Source: a virus (taxonomy: Duplodnaviria > Caudoviricetes). Taken from it: a stretch of DNA of 51,348 bases. The DNA lies in IMG/VR virus record IMGVR_UViG_3300037247_001029, positions 1 through 51,348 of that record, one strand, 5' to 3'. The notes beneath the pieces were generated by a model that was not told the DNA's origin, did no database searches, and saw nothing but the letters and a program-made list of their open reading frames with translations. The position numbers and the translations under genes were made by a program. Positions 1-7,849 of the stretch are shown in pieces (position 1 is the stretch's first letter; each line of letters starts with the position of its first letter).

Positions 1-127
1 TGCCGGGGCGGGTAAGCTATGGTGGCGGCTCAAAAAGGGCGCAGACACCTACGTGTTCAGCGGCAACGCCGCCCTGCGCCACCGCCGGTTCTACGAGGCC
101 TACGGCAACTACAAAGTCGGTCTCCGA
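1..127. repeat. Terminal 127-bp direct repeat (identical to 51222-51348); circular-assembly overlap
   Basis: tgccggggcgggtaagc...gtcggtctccga occurs at both ends; an ORF runs through the junction in frame. Confidence 0.97.
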
Positions 128-340
128 CCGGGCCAGACCGAGTTATGGTATTGTGGCCGGTTCAACGCCAAAGAGGGACCGGACATCCTGTGGCCAGCGT
201 GGCTGACGTACGATCAGACCTTCCAGCACATCGGCGATCACCAGTCGTATAAGTGGTGGCTGGAGAATACCAACATGACCGGGGCAGAGGTTGCGGACAA
301 GTTCGCGGCAGATCAGGCGGCAGCGCTGGGGGGTACGTGA
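2..340 (+). CDS. C-terminal part of GT2 glycosyltransferase spanning the circular junction (starts at 50815)
   Basis: In frame with 50815.. after removing the 127-bp overlap; TGA overlaps the ATG at 340. Confidence 0.85.
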   Translation, partial: AGAGKLWWRLKKGADTYVFSGNAALRHRRFYEAYGNYKVGLRPGQTELWYCGRFNAKEGPDILWPAWLTYDQTFQHIGDHQSYKWWLENTNMTGAEVADKFAADQAAALGGT

Positions 341-963
341 TGAAGCATCGGATGACGATCGTAATGGCGATAGTGGTGGTCCTGGCGGTCTCGCTAGGCG
401 GGACTGCGCAGGCGGTGACGGTCCAATCTGTAAACGCCGTCGCCGTGGCCACCACGACGCCTCCCACGCTGATCTCGATCGCAGGCGGCAGGGTTGCCCA
501 TAGCGGCACCTTCCAGGCCGATATCATCGCCGACAGCTTCCCCAACGGTCTGGCGGGCTTCCAGGTCACTGTGTCGACAGTTGACCCACAGATCGCCGTG
601 GCCTTCCAATTCCTGGTGCCTGATTACGGCTTGACCGCCGCGACCTCAACTGCCACATCCGTCACAATGGCCGTGGTCGATCTCAAGGACTTGGTCCAGC
701 CGGGTGCTGAGAACGTCGTGATCGGGACGATCACCTTCCTGGGGCGGAATGAGGGAATCACCCCGATTGACATCACCGTGTTGCGGATGGACGACCAGGA
801 CGGCAGTCCGATATTGACATCAACGGCGGTGGGGTTGCTGACGGTCTCCAACTCACGGGACCTCGATGGCGATGGCATCACCGAGGACATCAACGGCAAC
901 GGATTCTTCGACTTCGCGGATGTACTGGAGTTGTTCAGGATGCTGCTGGCGCTCCCGCCATAG
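340..963 (+). CDS. Secreted cohesin-like + dockerin-like (EF-hand) protein
   Basis: Signal peptide MKHRMTIVMAIVVVLAVSLGGTAQA; beta-sandwich with GLAGFQVTV..D and GAENVVIGTITF; C-terminal DLDGDG..EDINGNGFFDFADV Ca-binding motif. Confidence 0.7.
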   Translation: MKHRMTIVMAIVVVLAVSLGGTAQAVTVQSVNAVAVATTTPPTLISIAGGRVAHSGTFQADIIADSFPNGLAGFQVTVSTVDPQIAVAFQFLVPDYGLTAATSTATSVTMAVVDLKDLVQPGAENVVIGTITFLGRNEGITPIDITVLRMDDQDGSPILTSTAVGLLTVSNSRDLDGDGITEDINGNGFFDFADVLELFRMLLALPP

Positions 964-971
964 GTGGGCCT

Positions 972-1304
972 GTGCCTAAATACACGCGGGGCTACAGAGC
1001 CCAGTTCCTGCCGACGATGCGGGAGTTGGAGATGCTATCGTGGGCGGCCCGCGGTCTCGGGAACAAGGAGATCGCGTTGAAGCTAGGCGTCGCGGTGTCG
1101 ACCGTCGCGGGCCACATGGAGTCGGTCAACAGGAAGCTGGACGCCAACGGCCGCGCACACGCCGTGTTCAAGGCACTGCGGATGGGCTGGCTCGATAGGG
1201 ATACCGCAGTGCCGATGCCCAGGGTGTTGGTACTCGTGCCGAAGGGCGCGCCGCCGGTGGAGGTGGTCTACTTGGAGGACGATGATGACGACAACAGGAT
1301 ATGA
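972..1304 (+). CDS. LuxR/GerE-family HTH transcriptional regulator (DNA-binding domain only)
   Basis: PTMRELEMLSWAARGLGNKEIALKLGVAVSTVAGHMESVNRKLDANGRAHAV. Confidence 0.88.
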   Translation: MPKYTRGYRAQFLPTMRELEMLSWAARGLGNKEIALKLGVAVSTVAGHMESVNRKLDANGRAHAVFKALRMGWLDRDTAVPMPRVLVLVPKGAPPVEVVYLEDDDDDNRI

Positions 1305-1905
1305 CCCGACGGTCTATCAGAACCAGGCGTGGTTTGACTCGCTCAGCAACACCGACGACCACAACCGCCGCGCCCTGTTCGCCGTACTGGCCCTCCTGGG
1401 CAAACCCAAAACCTTCATGGACATCGGCTGTGGCACTGGTGCCCTGGTCAAGTTGATGATCAGGCTGGAGGACTCTTGGGACCCCGAGCAGTTTTCAATC
1501 GGGCTTGAACTATGGCTGCCCGAGTACTCGACCTTGGATCGTCGCCTATTCGCGGTGGACCTGCGGGACCACTACGACCACGGACGCCAGTTTGAGCTGG
1601 TGACGTGTTGGGAGGTCGGCGAACACCTGCCCGAGGAGTCCGCGGACACCCTATGCGACAACATCGCCCGGCACGTGCGCCCTGGTGGCTACCTGGTCTT
1701 CACCGCGGCCCGCCCACGCCAGGGTGGCGACTATCATGTCAACGAGCAGCCGCAGTCCTATTGGCGCGAGAAGCTGACAGCACGTGGTCTCCAGTACGAC
1801 CAGGACCTGACAAGTCGTATGTCAGTGGCCTGGAAGTGGGCGACCGGCCCCTGCAAATGGCTGCCAAAGAACGTCATGGTGTTCAGCAAGGGGGATGACG
1901 GATGA
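1282..1905 (+). CDS. Class I SAM-dependent methyltransferase (glycan-locus type)
   Basis: FMDIGCGTG motif I; ELVTCWEVGEHL; GQGG-like RQGGDYHVNEQ..YW motif. Confidence 0.88.
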   Translation: MMTTTGYDPTVYQNQAWFDSLSNTDDHNRRALFAVLALLGKPKTFMDIGCGTGALVKLMIRLEDSWDPEQFSIGLELWLPEYSTLDRRLFAVDLRDHYDHGRQFELVTCWEVGEHLPEESADTLCDNIARHVRPGGYLVFTAARPRQGGDYHVNEQPQSYWREKLTARGLQYDQDLTSRMSVAWKWATGPCKWLPKNVMVFSKGDDG

Positions 1906-1919
1906 TCACAGGCAGCGAA

Positions 1920-2375
1920 TTAGGCGATGTCCCGTGTGAGCGCATGAATGTAGAGATCAATGTGATGCACCACTACGGTGTCGCCGTTCCCGTCGGCGGT
2001 GAAGCGGAGGTCGACCGTGTCCGTCGCTACAAGCCGCACCAGGCCGCTGATGCCGACGAAGCCCTGGTCCATGCCGCCCCCGATCTGGCGGTTAAACTCC
2101 AGCTTCTGATCGCGGACCCCGTTGATGAACACGGACCCCTGTTTGAGGCTGTTGGCGCTGCCCGACACGGACATCCCGGCATGGACCTCGTAGAGGCCGC
2201 CGCCAGCCGCACCGATGACGAGTTGATCGTTGGCCGCGTCGACCTCGACGATGTCGGAGGGGCCGCCCAGTCCGGCGACCGATGTGGTCCACTTGACGAA
2301 GTTGCCCGCGACGGGGATGTTGATGGTCGTGCCGGCCTCGTTGATCTCGAACAGTTCCCCATAGGCGTCCGACAT
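1920..2375 (-). CDS. C1q/TNF-like (BclA C-terminal-like) beta-jellyroll protein, 151 aa
   Basis: GGAGGT RBS (acctcc 2381-2386) before ATG at 2375; MSDAYGEL..GGLYEVHAGMSV..ISGLVRLVATDTVDLRF pattern. Confidence 0.65.
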   Translation of the reverse strand: MSDAYGELFEINEAGTTINIPVAGNFVKWTTSVAGLGGPSDIVEVDAANDQLVIGAAGGGLYEVHAGMSVSGSANSLKQGSVFINGVRDQKLEFNRQIGGGMDQGFVGISGLVRLVATDTVDLRFTADGNGDTVVVHHIDLYIHALTRDIA

Positions 2376-2420
2376 GGCGCACCTCCGCGGGGAGTGTAGC
2401 ATGCGAGAAAGGACGAGGGA

Positions 2421-5400
2421 TTGAAGGTCTACATCGAGCCCCGCTTCGAGGGTCAGGACCAGGGTGAGGGCGGCATCCGGCGTGTCGTCGAGGCACAACG
2501 CGCCTGGTTGCCCAAGATGGGCATCGAGGTTGTCGACAACCTGGGCGCCGCCGACCTGGTAGCCACCCATGCCGCGGTCGCCACGACCACTGTCCCGGTC
2601 GACATCCCGTGGGTCGTCCACACCCACGGCCTGTACTGGTCGGAGTATGCCTGGACAAGCTGGCCACACAAACTCAACGGGAGGGTCATCAGCGCCATAC
2701 GCCAGGCCGATCACGTGACGGCGCCCAGTGAATGGGTCGCCCAGGCCTTGCGACGCGGGATGTGGCTCCAGCCTACGGTCCTGCATCACGGGATCGACGA
2801 GGCGGACTGGCTGCCGGGGACCAATGGCGGCTACGTCCTGTGGAACAAGACTCGCGTCGACCCCATCTGTGACCCCAGCCCGATTATCACCCTGGCCAAG
2901 ATGAACCCCGCCGTCCACTTCATCTCGACCTATGGCGCCGAAGGGCTGGCCAACCTGGAACTGACCGGCGTGCTGCCATATCAGCAGGCCAGGGAATGGG
3001 TCCGTGACGCAGGCGTCTACCTGTGTACGACGCGCGAGACCTTTGGCATCGGCACGATCGAGGCGATGGCCGCAGGCGTCCCCGTCGTGGGTTGGGACTG
3101 GGGCGGGCAGCGCGAGATCATCGATCATCGGGTCAACGGCTGGCTGGCGCCTGTGGGCGACTATGCCGGATTGACCGAGGGCATCCAGTGGGCGCTGGAA
3201 AACCGCGAGGCCGTGGGGGCCGAGGCACGGCGCAAGGTCCTGGCGATGTTCACCTGGGAACGGGCGATGTCCCGGTACGTGTCCCTGTACGAAGGGGTCT
3301 GTGGGGCCGTCGCCGAGCGATCTTCGGCGCCCCGTGTCTCGATCATCGTCCCATGTTACAACCTGGCAAAGTATCTGCCCGACACTATCAAGAGCTTACA
3401 GGCCCAGTCCATGTCGGACTGGGAGGCCATCATCGTCAACGATGCCAGCACGGACGATACCGAACGGGTCGCCAACGCCCTGGCTGCGGAGGATCGTCGT
3501 GTCAGGGCCGTCCACCTGGCCGAGAATCAGTATCTGGCAGGCGCGCTCAATGAGGGCGTGAGGGAGAGCCAAGGCCGCTACATCTTGCCGCTGGATGCCG
3601 ACAACATGGTGGACGCCAATACACTGGCACGGCTGTCGTCTGCGTTGGATTCCGACAGGATGATCGACATCGCGTACGGCGGCGCCCGCTTTGTGCTGGA
3701 GGATGGGACCACCCCTGACACCAGCGTGGGCGCCGGCGGCGTATCCGGCTGGCCTACGGCCTTCTCCTTCATGGGGCAGATACAGGGGCGCAACCAGATA
3801 CCGTCCACTGCCATGTACCGCCGTCGTGTGTGGGACCGGAGCGGGGGATACCGACGCCGCTGGCGGACCAGCGAGGATGCGGACTTCTGGACCCGCGCCG
3901 TATCCCTGGGCTTTCAGGCGACCAAGGTGTCCCCACGCCCGACGTTGGTGTACCGTCAGCGCGAGGAGTCGATGAGCCGGGTCAATCCGCGGCCCGACTA
4001 TCCCGCCTGGTATCCCTGGAGCCGCCGGAAGGTACTGACACCGTTTGGTGTCGCGGACAAGCCACCGGCCAGCATCAACGAGGGTTTGAGTTGGGTTGTG
4101 CCATCGGCGGAGCCCGCCAAGGTGGGCGTGATCATCCCGGTCGGGCCCGGCCACCAAGAACTGGTGATCGATGCGTTGGATTCGGTCGAGGCGCAGACCT
4201 ACCGGTCCTGGCAGGTCATAGTGGTCAACGACACGGGCGAACGGCTTGAGATCCCCCACACGTGGGCCAATGTCCTCCACGCCGACGGCCTGCCGGACAG
4301 ATTGGGACCCGGTGCGGCACGCAACAGCGCGATCGCCATGCTGGACAAGACGGTCAAGTGGTTCGTGCCACTGGACGCCGACGACTACCTCCAGGCCGAC
4401 GCGATCGACGTTATGGTCAGGGCCTGGGAAGACGGCGGCGGCGTCATCTACAGCCAGTGGTACGATGACTTCGGCGATGAGGTCAAGGTCTACGACCCGC
4501 CCGACTACGACGCCCGGCTGCTGCTCCGCAAAGGCATGATACACGCGGTCACGGCCCTGTACCCGGTCGATGCCTGGCGCGAGGTCGGCGGCTTTGACAC
4601 GACCCTGACCCACTGGGAGGATTGGGACTTCCATCTGCGCCTGGCCAACGCGGGCATCTGCGGGACGCGGATACCGGTGCCCCTGTGGACCTACCGGAAG
4701 ACCAAGGGGAAGCGCCGCGAGCAGAACAGGGCGACCTTCGACGAGGGCAAAAACGCTATACTTGACCGGTGGCGCCCCTATTGGGAAGGAGGGAAGACTC
4801 TCATGGCTTGTCAAGGATGCCCCGGTGGGGGCGGTAATCGGTACGCGAAGCCGCCCTCAGTGGGCGGTGGCGGCAGCGCCCCGGCCAGGGCGCCTGAGGG
4901 CTACAAGTCGGTGGACTTCCACGGCCAGTCGACCGGCACACGCGAGTACAAGGGCGCGGAGACCGGCACCAGGTACCGCTTTGGCAACAACGCGGGCCAT
5001 CGCCGGAAGTTCGTCTACGAGAAGGATGTCCCTGGGCTGCTGGCCTTCATGGACGGTGGGGTAGCCCTGTTCTCGGTGGTGGCCGAAGACATCGGACCGC
5101 TCCAGACCGCACCACCGCTGGAGGCAGTGGGGCCGCCTGAGACGCCCCCGGTGGTCCACGACGCGCCGATGGCACAGGTCGAGGGGCCAGACCTGGAGAC
5201 CGACGCTGCGAAGCCGGCTGCCACGGCGGTAGCCGAACCGCAGGCGGCCCAGGGGGGCGACCCGGCAGCTACCCGTAATCCGACTGTCAAGGAGTTGCGG
5301 GACATGATCAAGGCAGGGCTGCCGTCAGAGGAACTGACCATGATGCTGATGAAAGAGAAGATGGGCGAGAAGCGCAGCACGGCATTGACGCTCCTGGAGG

Positions 5401-5429
5401 CCGCCCTGCGTGAGGCCCAGGGTCTGTGA
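2421..5429 (+). CDS. Multidomain glycosyltransferase GT4 + GT2 + GT2 with C-terminal phage head-associated module
   Basis: GT4 RETFGIGTIEAMAAGVPVV; GT2 VSIIVPCYN..VNDASTD..PLDADN..EDADFW; second GT2 VIIPVG..VNDTG..PLDADD..WEDWDF; TTG start with GAGG RBS. Confidence 0.9.
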   Translation: MKVYIEPRFEGQDQGEGGIRRVVEAQRAWLPKMGIEVVDNLGAADLVATHAAVATTTVPVDIPWVVHTHGLYWSEYAWTSWPHKLNGRVISAIRQADHVTAPSEWVAQALRRGMWLQPTVLHHGIDEADWLPGTNGGYVLWNKTRVDPICDPSPIITLAKMNPAVHFISTYGAEGLANLELTGVLPYQQAREWVRDAGVYLCTTRETFGIGTIEAMAAGVPVVGWDWGGQREIIDHRVNGWLAPVGDYAGLTEGIQWALENREAVGAEARRKVLAMFTWERAMSRYVSLYEGVCGAVAERSSAPRVSIIVPCYNLAKYLPDTIKSLQAQSMSDWEAIIVNDASTDDTERVANALAAEDRRVRAVHLAENQYLAGALNEGVRESQGRYILPLDADNMVDANTLARLSSALDSDRMIDIAYGGARFVLEDGTTPDTSVGAGGVSGWPTAFSFMGQIQGRNQIPSTAMYRRRVWDRSGGYRRRWRTSEDADFWTRAVSLGFQATKVSPRPTLVYRQREESMSRVNPRPDYPAWYPWSRRKVLTPFGVADKPPASINEGLSWVVPSAEPAKVGVIIPVGPGHQELVIDALDSVEAQTYRSWQVIVVNDTGERLEIPHTWANVLHADGLPDRLGPGAARNSAIAMLDKTVKWFVPLDADDYLQADAIDVMVRAWEDGGGVIYSQWYDDFGDEVKVYDPPDYDARLLLRKGMIHAVTALYPVDAWREVGGFDTTLTHWEDWDFHLRLANAGICGTRIPVPLWTYRKTKGKRREQNRATFDEGKNAILDRWRPYWEGGKTLMACQGCPGGGGNRYAKPPSVGGGGSAPARAPEGYKSVDFHGQSTGTREYKGAETGTRYRFGNNAGHRRKFVYEKDVPGLLAFMDGGVALFSVVAEDIGPLQTAPPLEAVGPPETPPVVHDAPMAQVEGPDLETDAAKPAATAVAEPQAAQGGDPAATRNPTVKELRDMIKAGLPSEELTMMLMKEKMGEKRSTALTLLEAALREAQGL

Positions 5430-5635
5430 CGACACGTCAGGATGCGCTGGACGACCTTATCGAACGCCGCGCAGCACAGTGGGAACTCAGGGGCTGCAAG
5501 GCCATCGGCTCCTTCGATGAATCTGGAATCTTGAAAGGCGATGGCTCCGGTGACTGGGTGCAAGAATCAACCCCTCGGCAGGACTGGTGGCCGCTTATCC
5601 TCTTGGCGCGTCGGTATGTGGAGCTTTCCGCATGA
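5426..5635 (+). CDS. Hypothetical protein
   Basis: GTGA and ATGA overlaps with both neighbours. Confidence 0.6.
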   Translation: MTTRQDALDDLIERRAAQWELRGCKAIGSFDESGILKGDGSGDWVQESTPRQDWWPLILLARRYVELSA

Positions 5636-5961
5636 CCGCGCCGGACAATCTGTTGGAGTTCGTGGCGGCGGCCTTGGCCGCCTGGCGCCTGGCGGCCTTC
5701 CTGGTACTCGAGCGCGGGCCGTGGGAGATGGCCACCCGACTGCGGTCCCTCGTGGGCGTCGAGCATGATGAGGATGGGGACCCGACCAACTGGCCAACGC
5801 GGATGCCCGGTGCGCTGTTCGGCTGCGTCTGGTGCATGACGGCATGGACAGCCGGGGCGATGTATGGCATCCTGCTGGTCAGGCCCGAGATCGTGATAGG
5901 CCTGGGGATATGGGGCCTGGCGACGGCCATCGACGGGGCCGTGCGGGGAGGTCGTGCGTGA
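5632..5961 (+). CDS. DUF1360-like small membrane protein
   Basis: ALAAWRLA..L..E.GP...LR..LFGCVWCMTAW with hydrophobic helices. Confidence 0.7.
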   Translation: MTAPDNLLEFVAAALAAWRLAAFLVLERGPWEMATRLRSLVGVEHDEDGDPTNWPTRMPGALFGCVWCMTAWTAGAMYGILLVRPEIVIGLGIWGLATAIDGAVRGGRA

Positions 5962-6131
5962 AGGATCTGATGATCTGTCTCCTGGCGACCATGTGGGCCT
6001 TCGGGGTCATAATCTATATGCATAGGTCCACACCGCGTTGGATTCTCCAGACAGTCGGCGACGGCGACAATTGCCTCAACGAGTACACCTTTGACCCGAT
6101 AGTGACAGAGACCTTTAGCAACGGGAGATAG
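5958..6131 (+). CDS. Small hypothetical membrane protein
   Basis: GGAGG RBS, GTGA overlap, N-terminal hydrophobic stretch. Confidence 0.5.
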   Translation: MKDLMICLLATMWAFGVIIYMHRSTPRWILQTVGDGDNCLNEYTFDPIVTETFSNGR

Positions 6132-6134
6132 CCG

Positions 6135-7409
6135 ATGGCGCGCGCTAGGACCAAGACCCTGCTCCCCCTGGATACCTGGGCCGAGATCGTCGGCCTGGAT
6201 CCGCGCCACTTCAACCAAGTCACGACCGCAGCCCTGCCCAACACGTCCTGTAGCGCGGTGGTGAAGCAGTACGCCTGGCAGGAATCGGGTCAGGTGGCAC
6301 GGGAGGACATCGCTCAGGCGATCGCCCACGCGGAGCGCCAGGTGACGCGCGAGCTTGGCTATACACCCGTGCCGGATTGGATCGTCGACGAGCGCGTACG
6401 GACAGTCCAGCCGGGCATACCGGACGTGATCAACAAGGGTCAGGCCGATGCCCGCGGCTTCGCCATGCCCGCGTTCCTGGCAAAGAAGCACTTCATCACC
6501 GGCGGCATCGAGGCCAAGACGTTGATCGAGGCAGGGGCCGACATGGCCTACACGGACGAAGACGGGGACGGCTACTTAGAAACGGCCACCGTAATCGTCG
6601 CGACCACCGTGACCGACCCCGCGGAGATCGCGGTCTACTACCCCGGTGAGAATGGCCGTGACGAATGGGAGATACGGCCCCTCAACGACCCGCTCACTCG
6701 GCGTCGGTCCGTCACAATCGCGGGCGGTAATGCCACGATCGTCATGGCATCCGAGCAACTGGTCGACGCCAACCTGCTGGCCGCCCTAAATCCGGCAGCC
6801 GTCGACGGGGATGTGGCCAGCAACTTCAACGCGACCGTCGATGTCTTCCGCCACTTCAACGACCCGCAGACCCAAGTCACGCTGATGTGGCTGCCCACGG
6901 CCCAGTTCTGCGACTGTGGAACCACCGGCTGCGTGACCTGTGCCCACACGGTCCAGACCGGCTGCTTCGTGTCGCGGGACCTGCGGAACAGCATCATCAA
7001 CTTCTCGGCGGCCACGTGGAACGCCACGACCGAGGCCTTCGACACGGCCGTCCCGACGGTGTCCCGCATCCCCGAGAACCTGCGGGCCTTCTACTACGCG
7101 GGATTCCAGGACCTGGACCATGCCGATGCGCCGAGGCTTGAGATGGACCCCGACCTGGCGCGGCACATCGCCTACCTATCCCTGCTCCACCTCCCGCGAC
7201 CGGTCTGTAGCTGCGACGCCGTCAAGACCTTGTTTGCGGACAAGCGCACCGACCTGGCGTTACGGGTTAGCACGCAGGCAGCGAGCCAGTCGTACCAACT
7301 AAGTCCGCGGCACCTCAACAACCCGTGGGGGACCCAACGGGCGGCGATCGAGGCCTGGTCCTTCTTGCACCAGGGTGACGTAGTGGTCGGCCAGGCGGTG
7401 TCGTTGTGA
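6135..7409 (+). CDS. Virion structural protein, probable head-tail adaptor/neck protein
   Basis: Position before tail genes; REDIAQAIAHAERQVTRELGY adaptor-like helix; Cys clusters. Confidence 0.55.
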   Translation: MARARTKTLLPLDTWAEIVGLDPRHFNQVTTAALPNTSCSAVVKQYAWQESGQVAREDIAQAIAHAERQVTRELGYTPVPDWIVDERVRTVQPGIPDVINKGQADARGFAMPAFLAKKHFITGGIEAKTLIEAGADMAYTDEDGDGYLETATVIVATTVTDPAEIAVYYPGENGRDEWEIRPLNDPLTRRRSVTIAGGNATIVMASEQLVDANLLAALNPAAVDGDVASNFNATVDVFRHFNDPQTQVTLMWLPTAQFCDCGTTGCVTCAHTVQTGCFVSRDLRNSIINFSAATWNATTEAFDTAVPTVSRIPENLRAFYYAGFQDLDHADAPRLEMDPDLARHIAYLSLLHLPRPVCSCDAVKTLFADKRTDLALRVSTQAASQSYQLSPRHLNNPWGTQRAAIEAWSFLHQGDVVVGQAVSL

Positions 7410-7519
7410 TTCAAGAAGCTATGGAGTGGTGGGAATACCATCACTACCGGGCCAAACACACTAAGATCGGACGAAAGGGCTGTCCGTTTTGCCATCCCGA
7501 ACTGCTGGATGAGGCCTAA
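7406..7519 (+). CDS. 37-aa His/Cys micro-protein (HHYRAKH..CPFC)
   Basis: GTGA overlap upstream and TAATG overlap downstream; fills the gap exactly. Confidence 0.55.
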   Translation: MIQEAMEWWEYHHYRAKHTKIGRKGCPFCHPELLDEA

Positions 7520-7809
7520 TGACGCAACCCCGACTGATTGACCGCGACTACGAGGACGCCGATGGGTACTGGTGGCGCGTGCGCGTCCCCGAGGACTGTG
7601 ACGACCCATCGGTGGGTATCCCGATCGGGCCGCCTGACCTGACGGCGCTTGGTTTACCGCCTGACCTACAGCGGACACTCCACAACCAGCTATGGTCCAG
7701 GCGCCTATTCACGCGCCGCGACCTGCGGGGCCGGATGCGCGAGGTACAGGCGGCCCTCCAGGCCACCTATAGGGTCGACGCCCAGGTAGTGACGGCCCTC
7801 TACGTTTGA
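7519..7809 (+). CDS. Hypothetical tail-region protein
   Basis: GAGG RBS, operon position, typical codon usage. Confidence 0.65.
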   Translation: MTQPRLIDRDYEDADGYWWRVRVPEDCDDPSVGIPIGPPDLTALGLPPDLQRTLHNQLWSRRLFTRRDLRGRMREVQAALQATYRVDAQVVTALYV

Positions 7810-7849
7810 GGTATGATGTCGGCGTTCACAACCCCGAGGAGGGCACGCG

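Noticed and set aside
1902-2399. + strand 165-aa ORF
   Set aside because: Reads as an antisense shadow; the minus-strand ORF 1920-2375 has the strong RBS and a protein-like sequence
3396-4814. 472-aa minus-strand ORF under the glycosyltransferase
   Set aside because: Typical high-GC antisense shadow with no domain motifs, unlike the intein-internal ORF
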